A stretch of DNA of 64,000 nt, from positions 13,206,001-13,270,000 of the forward strand of contig NC_042997.1 in NCBI RefSeq assembly GCF_006345805.1, read 5' to 3'. Shown here in pieces: positions 52,308 through 64,000 of this stretch. The notes beneath the pieces were generated by a model. It worked only from the letters and a program-made list of their open reading frames with translations, was not told the DNA's origin and did no database searches. A program made the translations under genes and the position numbers. How positions within the stretch are numbered: the stretch's first letter is position 1; every line of letters begins with the position of its first letter. Source of the DNA: Octopus sinensis (Eukaryota).

Positions 52308-53293
52308 ACGAACCTGCCATCGCTCAACTCGTACTCGGGACCCTAAGTCGAGCGACGACGACGACCACGCTCAGTCAAACGGAAATCCACCACATCAAGC
52401 GGTGAGGGTAAAGTAGCGAACACAAACCAGTAACCGGAGAACACAACAACAACAACAGGAAGAGAGAGACAGCGGAAGGCAGTTGCTTACATTTAACAAC
52501 AGTTTATACAATTGTTACATCAATCGAAACGTAATACATGTCAGATACATTTAAAGAAAAACATTCAACGAATTGTACAGAGTTAAAAAAAGAAAAACAA
52601 TAATCCATGCATGCACAATACACGACGTCCGAAAACAGTCCACATTAAATGTTCTTTCTCTTCAACAATTCTTTTTTTACAACAGATTACAGTTTATGTC
52701 ACAATGTTCATTTTCCTTCTTTTTCCTTCTCTTTCTACAGTTCTTTTGACACAATGTTCTTTTTCCTTTTTCTTTAACACAGTTCACAAGTTCTTTTCTC
52801 TTTTCTTTTACATTTCACATCAACATCCAAAATTCAACAACGAAAACATAAACAATATTACCGTACGTTTTCTCGTCTGCAACACTCCCTGAATCATCAC
52901 CAAAACTCCCACTATATCAGACCGAGTTCAAAATGTCTCTCGCTTGTCATCTCTCACATTCACTGTCTGTCTTTCTCCAGACCACGTTTGTCATCCTTGT
53001 CGTTGCCTCTCGCTTGACAAGTTCTTAATCACCTGTGTCTGTCCCAGGCCAACTCTCTCGCCAAACTACCCTGTTGCCAACTAACTGTCTCTGGTCAAAC
53101 TAACCAACAAACCCCCAGGTCTCCGCATTTTAAAGGGTGGTAGACTTAGTTTTTTCTCAAACTTTGCTTGACCGGATAAGGGTCAGAGGTACCTTCCAAC
53201 CTCATTAATTTCCCTTACCGGTGCCAAGACAAAGGCCTATAACTTGTTTCTCCAGTCTGTCCGGCACCAAACCAACGAAACTGGGTCATAGCA
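52304..53293. mobile_element. Possible solo LTR (~990 bp) inserted in (TA)n
   Basis: Begins TGTTACGAACC and ends GGGTCATAGCA (imperfect terminal inverted repeat, TG..CA); no TSD or internal ORF seen. Confidence 0.45.
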
Positions 53294-53318
53294 CTTTTTC
53301 CATTTTGACCTTCATATC

Positions 53319-53371
<53 letters not shown>

Positions 53372-53489
53372 ATATACGTAGGTATATATGCGTATTTATA
53401 TATATATATTATATATATATATTATATATATGTTGTGTGTGTGTGGTGTGTGTGTGTGTGTGTGTATATATATGTAGTTCAAATAGACG

Positions 53490-53645
53490 AGTAAAATTAA
53501 AGGGCAACAAGAGAACGAGCACAAGAAATGTATTAGCGAGATGCTTGCTGCAAAGAGCGAGTTTGACGTTTCGAACATTACTCTTCGTCGGTAAGGAGAA
53601 AGAGAAAGTCCAAAGAAGGAAACGAAATCGGCAATATCACATGTG
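53490..53645 (-). mobile_element. Family H4 repeat, degenerate HHR
   Basis: Minus CCGACGA-AGAGT-AAT-GTTC-GAAAC-GTC-AAAC. Confidence 0.6.
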
Positions 53646-53799
53646 TAGTTACATTGATATATTGTGTGTGTATACATACATACGTACATATATACATGCA
53701 TACATGCATACACGCATACATACAAACATAAATATATACGTACACACATACTTATATACATTCATACATACATAAGTGCTATTTATCCTTGATGCATTT

Positions 53800-54440
53800 C
53801 AGCCCAAAAGTTGTAGCTATGCTCGGGCGCGGCCAGTATTATCACCTTTTAATGGCCATTCTTTTGTTATTGTCCTTTGATGAAGTGTGGAATTCTATAT
53901 TGTTACCCTATTTTGAATTTCCTGTCGTGATTTAGGACCTTGGACAGTAGGAGATCAAGTTGTTTCTTGAAAACCTCTACCCCACTTCATGTAGATCCCT
54001 GAGACATTTTGGTAAAATTCTAAATAATTGTGGGGCTTTGAATCCCAAGCTATTGTTGTACCTGGTCGTCACTCAAGTTGAGATGGTTGGAACCTTAGTA
54101 AGAGCGCAGTGATGTCCAGTTCAGGGGGGTTTATGACACTTGATGCCAAAATTTAATGCCAAACTTTTTAGGATCTTCCATTTGTCAATCACCACATAGT
54201 TCTCTCGTCTTCGCTCCATGGAGTAAAACTGTAACTCTTTTAGCGTTTCTCAGTATCTCAGCTGTTCTATTGATGCAACCTTCCTTTTGTAGCACCACTG
54301 CTCTATCTCACGTACTGCTATTACTTTTGTCACTGTGGGGTAACCAGAGATGAGAGCGGTAGTCCAGACGGCTGGGGGGAAATGTCCTCCATAGAACCAG
54401 CATAGTACCCTGGCCCCTTATTCTGTTACTTCAGAATCAA
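53800..54440 (-). mobile_element. CR1-like LINE 3' fragment (decayed)
   Basis: Across frames: LKELQ.YSMERRRENYVVIDKWKILKSLALNFGI..SLGFKAPQLFR..GVEVFKKQLDLLLSKV. Confidence 0.75.
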
Positions 54441-55509
54441 TTCGGCCATCGCCAACACAATAATTTAACGTGTTTTAAGATTTCAGAATCTAATACTTTT
54501 GGTTTAGATAATTAGTTACGCTTCATAATAAAATAATGGTCTACCAGAGAAGCTTGACATTTCAGAAATACTAATATGTTGCGAACATTCCAGATTTTTT
54601 TTTTCTTTTGTCAATTCCAAGAGCAGCCACGACCAACTTTTTCGTCAATAGTTGAAACATAAACGCCAACAATGATGCATATTACATGCCGGAATTATAG
54701 AAAATGAAATATGGCTACAGTTTAGAACGATAAATTACATGGTTACAGGAAGTATAACGGAAACGGACGAAATGCCGTTAAGCATTTTGTCCGGTGTACT
54801 GACGACACTACCCGTTCACTGCTTTGGGTTTACAATATTAAAATACAAGATAAGTAGTAAAAGTATATTTTTTTTAAAGAATGCATAATTAAAATTCAGC
54901 AGTTCTTTCGAGTTCCTGAAAAAATAGAGGTTTACTACGTAGTTTTCATTGACCTTCGAAGTACATTCTCTTTCATAAAATGATCGATTAGTTATAGAGA
55001 AAACGTTTTGTCTCTTGTTTTCCGTTCTTAACTTTTTGATATATTATGCTTTACGTTTTGCACATTTTCGCGAAACTGAATTTCTTCCAAATATATTTGT
55101 ATTTTTGATACTGTTATTTAGTTTCAAGCAACACCTATCGACATTCCTGTATTTAGTTATGAATAAATGGAACAAATTTACGGTTTCTGCCACCTAGTAG
55201 TCATACTAGAAAGAATAGAGGGTCTGAAACATCACTTGATCGCACTCGTACGGTCAGTTCTAGTCAAAAATACAGTGAAATAAACAAGTCGTTTTATGAT
55301 TAAAATAGGTCTAACCGTGGCCATTGTATCTTTTTTTAAAACTCTCTAGGATTACACTATTTAATGTGTGCTACCATTTGTAAGAAAAATTTCCTTTAAA
55401 ATATACATGAAAGCTTTTTCTAGCAGGTCGAAGATCCACTAGTATGTCCTCATGATGTCTCTTTATTGTTTTAAGTCTTTCAGTTTTCAATATCTGTGCT
55501 ACCATAAGA

Positions 55510-55800
55510 CGGTGAGCGTGGAGAATCGTTATCGCACCAGACAAAATGTTTAGCGGTATTTACATTCTGAGTTCAAATGCTTCCGGGGTCGATAAAATAA
55601 GTACCAGTTCAGCACTGAGGTCGATTTAACAGTCGTACAAAGATAAAAAACGGCAAATAAAAAATAAAAACGGTCGGCAGAAGAGTCTGCACGCCCGGCA
55701 AAAAGCTTAGCGTCATTTAGTTCGTCTCTTTATGTTCTGAATTCAAATTCTGTCGAAATTGACTGTGGCCTTTCATCTTTCCGGGCTTGTCATTTTCATG
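55510..55800 (+). mobile_element. Two adjacent SINE family B fragments
   Basis: ttctgagttcaaatgcttccggggtcgataaaataagtaccag and cccggcaaaaagcttagcg..ttctgaattcaaattc..gcctttcatc. Confidence 0.72.
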
Positions 55801-56025
55801 CCAAAATCTGAAACCAATATCTCTGGTACCATACGCTTTTTATCCTTTTTCTGTAATCGTTGTTATAGTTCGTGAGTTAAGTTCAGCCTCCGTACTAATT
55901 TCCACTTACTTATATATTATTATTGTTGTTGTTTTTATAATGCAGCATTGTTTCAGAGCTTTACATTCTGAATTCAAATTTTATCGATGCTGTCTTTGCA
56001 TTTCCTTGTTGTGTTCAATAAGTGC

Positions 56026-56430
56026 TTACTCTTTTAATTGTTTCAGTCATTTGACTGCGGCCATGCTGGAGCACCGCCTTTAGTCGAGCAAATCGATCCA
56101 AGGACTTATTCTTTATAAGCCTAGTACTTATTCTATCTTATTCTATCTAGTACTTGTGCCGAACCGCTAAGTTACGGGGACTTAAATACACCAGCATCTG
56201 TTGTCAAGTGATGTTGGGGGGACAAACACAGACACACAAACATACACACACACACGTACATATATACGACGGGCTTCTTTCAGTTTCCGTCTACCAAATC
56301 CACTCACAAGGCATTGGTCGGTCCGAGGCTATAGTAGAAGACACTTGGCCAAGATGCCAGACAGTGGGACTGAACCCGGAACCATGTGGTTGGTAAGCAA
56401 GCTACTTACCACACAGCCACTCCTACGCCT
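56026..56430 (-). mobile_element. SINE family A, full length
   Basis: Reverse complement of the 27201/62540/63740 type with internal (CA)n(TA)n. Confidence 0.9.
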
Positions 56431-57229
56431 TTCAAGTAATGCTTGTCTAGTAATGCAGTCAACCTTGTGCTAGAGTTAGAAAAAATGTTTTGTTCTTGTT
56501 ACTGTTGTACTTCTTAGTGATAATGTTGTTCGTTTTGATTTTTAATCCCTAGGCACTACTTTCATGCGTAACTATTATCAGATGCATGGACTAAATAGTA
56601 AGGAGCCTAACTAGTCTAAGTAGTAAGTTGCAATAGTAAATAGTGTATACATTTGAGTCAAATGTAACAAAGTGCTACGAATGTTGGTACAAATGTACAT
56701 TGACATCTTTTATAAGTATTTAATGTCTGGCAAAGCTTCTTATGGATTCAGTCAATGTTCTTTTGGCAATCACCATATTGTATAGAATTTTCAGGGCTTT
56801 AATCGTGCAAGAATCTAAGATCATGTGTGACAATACATACGTTTGACTTTATATGCCATTACAAAGATGTTGAGAGACTGAATACTATGCAATTTTATAT
56901 AAATTCATACATGAAAATGCATGTGTATATATATATATATATAATTTATACATATGTATTATATGCATACATCTACATATGTATCTAAGTATGCATTTAT
57001 ATATGTATGCATGCATGAATACAGGAATAAGAATTTTGTTTCTTCCTATATTTCAAAAGATTTGAGGAGACATTTGTTATTATCTGTAATCAGTACTTTA
57101 GCTTGCAACCGTTAAATGTCTCCACCGTTGAACGTTGTAAATAATAGGCATACGAAACAAGTTTGATATTACATACTATGTGTGAGCTAAATATATATGT
57201 TTACGCGTATGCTCGCATGTGTGTGTATG

Positions 57230-57276
<47 letters not shown>

Positions 57277-57691
57277 CATTTATATATATATATATATATA
57301 TAGGCATGTATGCATATTATATATATATGCATTACATTTTCCAAGTTATGATTGTCAGAGGAATTATTTTGAATGGATAAAATTTTTTACCTCATATTAG
57401 AACGCCAGTTACTAAGCCTTATACATTTTTTTCCCTGTAAAATATTCTTTTAATGAAACATAACGCAAAACATGAAACTTCCGCGGGATACTCCATCCTT
57501 TTCGCTTATCATTTACTATTCAATATTCAACATTAAGTGATGTTATAAACCATACATATTACGATAGAGAAAAAACAGTTAAATATACGGCGTATCGGCA
57601 TTTTAACAGTCATTTATTTTACCACAGCTATATTTCTAAAAATTCCCTTCATTTGTGCACTGATGTTTTTAGGTACTATAATAAAACACAT

Positions 57692-57732
<41 letters not shown>

Positions 57733-57753
57733 ACACACACACACACTCATATA

Positions 57754-57803
<50 letters not shown>

Positions 57804-58144
57804 TATATATATTATATATTATATATATATATATATAAGACACATATGTATGTGAACACGCTCAAAAGCACACTCGCATGCATATATATGTGTGTGCGTG
57901 TGTATTTGTATATACACACTATAACACAAAAATATTTATCTATATATATATGTCTGTCTTCTATGCATTCTGCACATACCCGTGTCTATTCATTTTTATA
58001 ATAACTTCATATCATATACCCATAAATATGATGGCTATTTATATTTTATTCAGAAACATATACATAAACCTATGCTTCATATACATGTAAATGTACGCAT
58101 ACAAGCACAACCGCACGCATACGCATATGCACACTAACACTCAT

Positions 58145-58193
<49 letters not shown>

Positions 58194-58267
58194 TATATCG
58201 AAATGTCTATCATCAAGTGATATTTTAGAAATATCTAATTACACCATCATTCTTTCAGTTCTTTTAC

Positions 58268-58292
58268 GTTATAATAATAATTATTATTATTA

Positions 58293-58355
<63 letters not shown>

Positions 58356-58388
58356 CATTATTATTATTATCATTATTATTATTATTAT

Positions 58389-58428
<40 letters not shown>

Positions 58429-58437
58429 GGTGTGGTG

Positions 58438-58481
<44 letters not shown>

Positions 58482-58482
58482 T

Positions 58483-58513
<31 letters not shown>

Positions 58514-58540
58514 CAGCAGCAGGAGCAGCAGCAGCAGCAG
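58268..58540. repeat. Compound triplet microsatellite (ATT)(AGT)(GGT)(AGT)(AGC)
   Basis: Direct reading. Confidence 0.97.
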
Positions 58541-59006
58541 TATGTCGAGATATTTTCCCGCTGTGAAAATATTTCCTCAAACTAATGTAACAATTTATAG
58601 CAATTTCTGCCTTATGCTAGTAATTTTTTTCTTTTATTATCAACCGTTGTTGATGTTATAGACTACCATTTTGTCTCATTTTGTCTTTTTTCTTTTTACT
58701 TTTCTCTTTCACTATTTTTTTTTGTTTTTTCTTACCAAATTCCAGAAGAATTTTCTGTTGTACACTGCCCAATATGGTAGTTATGTCTGGGATAACAATC
58801 GGTTTATAAAATAATGAATGTTAATGTCAATATGGATCAATTATTTTTATTGATATTTTTCATGATATTCGTTGAAATGTTCACCGAGATCAGAAAATTA
58901 TAGAGATCCCCGTAGAAATATTCTAACGGAGCAATACTTGTATAGATGGATGATGTATGTGCGTATATCAATAGCATTTAAGTACATATATTTATTATCA
59001 CAGTAA

Positions 59007-59076
<70 letters not shown>

Positions 59077-59080
59077 TTAT

Positions 59081-59190
59081 AGGCGCAGGAGTGGCTGTAT
59101 GGTAAGTATCATGCTTACCAACGACATGGTTCCGGATTCAGCCCCACTGCGTGGCACCTTGGGCAAGTATCTGCCACTCTAACCTCGGGC
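59081..59190 (+). mobile_element. SINE family A head, truncated
   Basis: aggcgcaggagtggctgtatggtaag..cactgcgtggcaccttgggcaag..cctcgggc. Confidence 0.85.
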
Positions 59191-59239
59191 TATATATATA
59201 TATATACTTTATATTAAGCAGCAGAAAATTCAACAAAAT

Positions 59240-59277
59240 CTGTTACTCTGAGTTTCTAGTTGCCGTTCATCAGACAG
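59240..59277 (-). ncRNA. Hammerhead-like motif (left arm)
   Basis: CTGT-CTGATGA-ACGGCAACTA-GAAAC-TCAGA-GTA-ACAG; stem II poorly paired. Confidence 0.5.
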
Positions 59278-59289
59278 TTTTTGCAAAAA

Positions 59290-59327
59290 CTGTCTGATGA
59301 ACGGCAACGAGAAACTCAGAGTAACAG
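59290..59327 (+). ncRNA. Minimal type I hammerhead ribozyme motif
   Basis: CTGT-CTGATGA-aCG-GCAA-CGa-GAAAC-TCAGA-GTA/ACAG. Intact core, stem I CTGT/ACAG, ACUC-A-GAGU stem III; stem II only 2 bp with a GCAA loop. Confidence 0.62.
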
Positions 59328-59456
59328 ATTTTGTTGAATTTTCTGCTGCTTAAAATAAAGCATATTACTCTACCACTGGTATTTGAGTACTCTTTTTTCC
59401 ACCTTGTTTCACATTTATGTGTTTACTCCGGTATATATATATATATGTACACACAC

Positions 59457-59510
<54 letters not shown>

Positions 59511-59525
59511 ATATATGTATATATG

Positions 59526-59561
<36 letters not shown>

Positions 59562-60012
59562 GACATGTATGTATGTATGTATACATATATGTTCCTCAAG
59601 CGATCATCTCTAGGTCTGTCATAAGGACTGGACATATTCTATCTCTCTCTTCTGTCTTTTCTGTTTTCAAAGAAAATATTTCTCCAGCGTTCGATATTTT
59701 GCCCTTGTTATGGTCTAACGACCCTCCATGCTTGTTTTCGTTTGGTTTCCTTGTATGTCTCCACTGTCCTGTTTTAATTCCCAACTTTGACCCTCCATAA
59801 ATCCTAAATTTTATTTTAGTAGTAATGATAGCAACTTCCTTCGAAGAGTCATACTGTCGTTCAATGCTCAAAATGAGGAGTAGATAGTCACCCGACAACT
59901 AATGAAGGGTTGTTCATTGTGTTACTTGTCCTGTTTCCCTTTTGTTTCTCTCGTTTACGTATTGAGCTCATTTGTTTTCGTATTTCATGCTGTTTACTGT
60001 TGATGACGTCCT

Positions 60013-60050
<38 letters not shown>

Positions 60051-60519
60051 GTGTGTGTGTGTGTGTGTATTATTCACTGCTCTTATTTTATTATTGTAAC
60101 TCATGTCCATTATCCAGAAATCTTTCATCACACAGCTGTGACTTCTGTTCTTCTAAAATGTGTATCCTTACGTGCGCATGTTATTGTGTCCTTGTTTGTG
60201 TTTATGTGAGTGTATGCTTGTGTATGTATCATTGTTTTAGCAGCAGTGAGGCCTTCCTGTCGGTCCCATCCTCTCACCCCACTTTGCTGCTGCTGCTGAC
60301 CTAAGACCCGAAAAAAAATTCTACAGTTCCTGTATTCCCCTGTGCATGTGTGCTCGTCCACTCTGTTGCCACCGCATACAGTTCTCTGGCTACAATCAAA
60401 AGGACGGACTTAGAATGTACAGAGGGACCAGGAATAAGTACAAAGCCATCATAGAGCGTGATGGTAAGGGGATCTGCTCGTTGTACAGTAATACGATAAA
60501 TAAGGCCAATACTTGATAT

Positions 60520-61050
60520 GACTGTAAAAAATACCAAAGTGTGATATTCGTTGAAGCTACCCCTGGCGGCGAACTAGCACACCATTTTAGAATAACATTA
60601 CGTAAGCCGAATCTACGAGTTAAATTAATAGAAAGGTCTGGTGTCCCTTTAAAATCCCTGATCTGCAATACCTAGCCATATGATAAGTCTCCCTGTAGAG
60701 AGTACAATTGTTATCCTGTGGGTTAATACAGGTTAACAGTAAGGTTAGGAATGCAGTTATAGCTTACGATGTACTGAGGGACGGTGCAGAAACATGACAT
60801 CTTCATACATAGGAGATACTGCACGCAGCATAGGAGAGCTTAGAGGTGGACATTGGCAAGAGCACAAAGAACGAAAAAGCTCGTCAGTGCCCTACCAACA
60901 TGCTCAGGCAGAACGTGGAGGCTCGATTAATGCTATAGATGTTAAAGTACTATCGAAACAGAGAACTGACACGACACTTAGATTACAGCAGCTACACAGA
61001 TAACACTAGATAGACCGAGCCTCAATAGAAAACATGAATGGAATAGTAGC
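60520..61050 (+). pseudogene. PLE linker + GIY-YIG endonuclease fragment
   Basis: YQSVIFVEATPGGELA..VKLIERSGVPLKSLI..PCREYNCYP..RCTEGRCRNMTSSYIGDTARSIGE..RPSLNRKHEW. Confidence 0.78.
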
Positions 61051-61932
61051 ACTCACCACCACGCCACACCACACGACTAAATACAGTAGGGATGTGAAGA
61101 GAGAAGGAAAGAGAAAAAACCGTAAATAATACAGAGAGGCATACAGGGTAATACACACACAATAAACATATATGCACTTACCTGTGATACTCATGAGAAA
61201 TAGAGACTGGTGTATCAAAAAAGTAAATAAATAAATATATAAACAGATAAATAAATATATAGATATATATGCCACATACCTGTGATAGATGTAAGACAGA
61301 GATAGAGAAAATAAATAAATGAAACTATATAAAGTGCATGGATACATACAACGCGAACATATAGAGACACGCACAGACACGCACGCATGAAACTTCATGG
61401 ACGGCCATAACGATGTCCACAACACAACTACAACGGTCAGCAGCAGCGGCTATGCCAACGATAGCAATAACAATAACAACAACAATAACAAAACAACAAC
61501 TACCACGATGGCAAAAACGTGGGCGAACCCACATACACAAAGGAATACAAGAACTGTACCATATTTTTTCGGGTGTTAGGAGAGCAGCAGCACAAAGGGG
61601 TGAGAGGATGAGGCTGAGGGAAAAGCCATACTGCTGCTAAATACTATGACACACACACAAGCATACAACCATACACATACAAACACCCAAACAAGGGCAC
61701 AAACGCATGCGCACATAAGGAAACACATCTTAGAAGGACAGAATGGAGTAAGTGCAGCAAGAACTCACATAAAAACAAGAGCTGTCACTGAAGAGGTCAC
61801 AGATGTGTGACGAAAGATATCCGGGACAATGGACATGAGTTAAAAAAATAAAATAAGACCAGTAATAGCCGAGTAAAAAAAAAAATACAGTGTGTGTGTT
61901 TATTTGGCAATAAATAAATAAATGAATAAAAT

Positions 61933-62130
61933 GACCGTATGCCGTTGGCGATTTTTTTCCTCTGTCTTCCCTTCTCTGGATCTTTCCTTCTCCTATGTTT
62001 CCGACAAAGAGCTCCGCTCGAAACGTTAAGCCCTCCTTCTTCCATTGTTTCCTGAGCGTCCAATAATACTATATTTGTTCCACGTCCTCCCGTTGTTGTG
62101 TTTTTTTTGTGTTTTCTTGTTTGGATTAAC
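61933..62130 (+). mobile_element. Family H4 repeat, degenerate HHR at 61997-62031
   Basis: GTTT-CCGACAA-AGAGC-TCC-GCTC-GAAAC-GTT-AAGC. Confidence 0.8.
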
Positions 62131-62539
62131 TTTATATATACATATATATCTATATGTGTGTACGAATGAGTGAACCAACAAAAGAGATTGAAACTCGACA
62201 AATTTGCTAGGACTTAAATGTACCGGTATTGAAAATACAGTTTGATTTAGCCCCATGCAAATTAAGTTTCGTAGGATTGAGACAAGAAGCTAGCTGGTCA
62301 GACCAGGGCGGCCGAAAATGTACACATTAGAAACACACACACACAGATATTTATATATATACCTGCTAAAACAGAAGCCTAATACGGAACCCTTGCTCCA
62401 GTCACAGCTGTGACATTTGAAACTCACGGATGACCAATTATAGCACTTAGTCAGTGGATGACCAGCTATAGCAATTATAGCAATTACTCAGCGTAGCTAT
62501 TCGTTTAGTTTACCAGTGAAGTAAACCTCTCATATTCTT

Positions 62540-62643
62540 TGTGGCTATGTGGTAAGTAGCTTGCTTACTAACGACATGGTTCCGGGGTCCGACCAAAGCC
62601 CTGTGAGTGAATTTGGCAGACGGAAACTGAACGAAGCCCGTCG

Positions 62644-62713
<70 letters not shown>

Positions 62714-62965
62714 ATGTGTGTGTGGTGTGTGTGTGTGTGTATGTGTGTGTGTGTGTATGTGTGTGTGTGTGTCTGTGTTTGTCCCCCTCAATTTCGCTTG
62801 ACAACCGATGCTGATGTGTTTACGTCCCCGTAACTTAGGGGTTCGGCAAAAGAGACCGATAGAATAAGTACTAAGCTTACAAAGAATTAGTCCTGAGGTC
62901 GATTTGCTCGACTAAACGCGGTGCTCTAGCATGGCCGCAGTCAAATGACTGAAACAAGTAAAGAG

Positions 62966-62966
<1 letters not shown>
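62540..62966 (+). mobile_element. SINE family A with an internal deletion in the head and a long internal (TA)n(TG)n
   Basis: ttccggggtc joins directly to cgaccaaagcc; tail is complete to tgactgaaacaagtaaagag. Confidence 0.88.
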
Positions 62967-62996
<30 letters not shown>

Positions 62997-63739
62997 GCAA
63001 ACAGACACACGCCACACACAAACTCACACACACACACACACATAAACACATGCATACATATAAATGCACGTTATATATTGCTTCATTAGTTTTTTCCAAC
63101 TAGTGGCTGATTTTACATGGGGCATCGCCTTCCGGCGTGATTGAATCTTTTCTGTATTGATTTTGGTGGAGTAGTGAGTTCGATGGAGCTGCTGTTTTTT
63201 GTGTCTCCAGACATTCTTTAAACACATCTATAAACCTCTCAGGTTGTTTGTTTGACAGAATGTTAAATATTTATGGACTCTTCAGACAAATCTCCGTCTC
63301 AAATAATGGGTTATTATTTGAGACGGAGAAGACAGGAGGCTTGGCACTATGCAGCTCCGCCCAGTTCGGTGCTTAGTATAGTTTTCAATTCCAAAGTTGG
63401 GAGAAAGACATTCCACAATGTTCCATATGTATATAGTAGCTTATCTTTCGCATTTTATCTCTAGCAAATAGTGGTCCATTTGCTCGACCCTCTTCCAGTA
63501 GCACATTTTTTACACTGAGTCTATCTTCTTAAATTAGTGACGCTATTTTGTCTCGAGTTCTGCCACCAGTTTAGCGCTCTGTAGTAATCCAGGCAAGTGA
63601 GAGTAGTAATCCAAGCAATCGTGAAAGAAAGTTCTCCACTGTAGTAGTATGGTATGCTTTATCCTGGTTCTGATTGATCTCAGAATCCATTCAACTCTTC
63701 GCCTACATGGTCAGAGTTGCTATCTTGGAAATATGCACA

Positions 63740-64000
63740 TAGGCGAAGGAGTGGCTGTGTGGTAGATAGCATGCTTACGAACCACATAGTTCCGGATTCC
63801 AGTACCACTGCGTGGAACCTTCGGCAATTTCTTCTACTATAGCCTCGGGCCGACCGAAAGCCTTGTGAGTGGATTTGGTAGAAGGAAACTGAAAGAAGCC
63901 TGTCGTATATATGTATATATATGTGTGTGTATGTTTGTGTGTCTGTGTTTGTCCCCCCAACATTCACTTGACAACCGATGCTGGTGTGTTTACGTCCCAG
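63740..64000 (+). mobile_element. SINE family A, cut by the window edge
   Basis: aggcgaaggagtggctgtgtggtag..ggaaactgaaagaagcctgtcgtatata..tgtttgtcccccc. Confidence 0.88.

Larger units (their letters stand above)
59214..59430. mobile_element. Non-coding fold-back element (family H3): 140-bp loopless palindrome with one mismatch plus a ~77-nt right extension
   Basis: 59214-59283 is the reverse complement of 59284-59353 except at 59258/59309. Confidence 0.88.

Overview
Gene-poor, AT-rich, microsatellite-saturated animal genomic DNA. The SINE families resemble those I recall from Octopus; this is inferred from sequence and no search was run. I can support no intact host protein-coding gene, rRNA, true tRNA or CRISPR array, and almost all ORFs in the track are microsatellite read-throughs. 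The window is built from decayed mobile elements: a Chapaev3-like DNA transposon (1-1330), two large Penelope-like elements (PLEs; RT + GIY-YIG, ~6.2-9.2 kb and ~40.0-44.5 kb), three GIY-YIG fragments, R4/Dong-like and CR1-like LINE 3' ends, a mini-Helitron, a possible solo LTR and many tRNA-derived SINEs. There is a 100-N gap at 36135-36234. The most striking signal is a recurring architecture. At least five unrelated sequence families carry minimal type I hammerhead ribozyme (HHR) motifs. Several occur as non-coding fold-back elements with an HHR in each arm, one arm ~75-100 nt longer than the other, and both ends in or beside (TA)n tracts. The large PLE at 40-44.5 kb has the same layout, with a compensated U3-A8 HHR core. 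One non-coding hairpin has two circularly permuted, more-than-unit-length copies of a ~553-nt monomer, as expected for a retrozyme-like circular or tandem RNA template.
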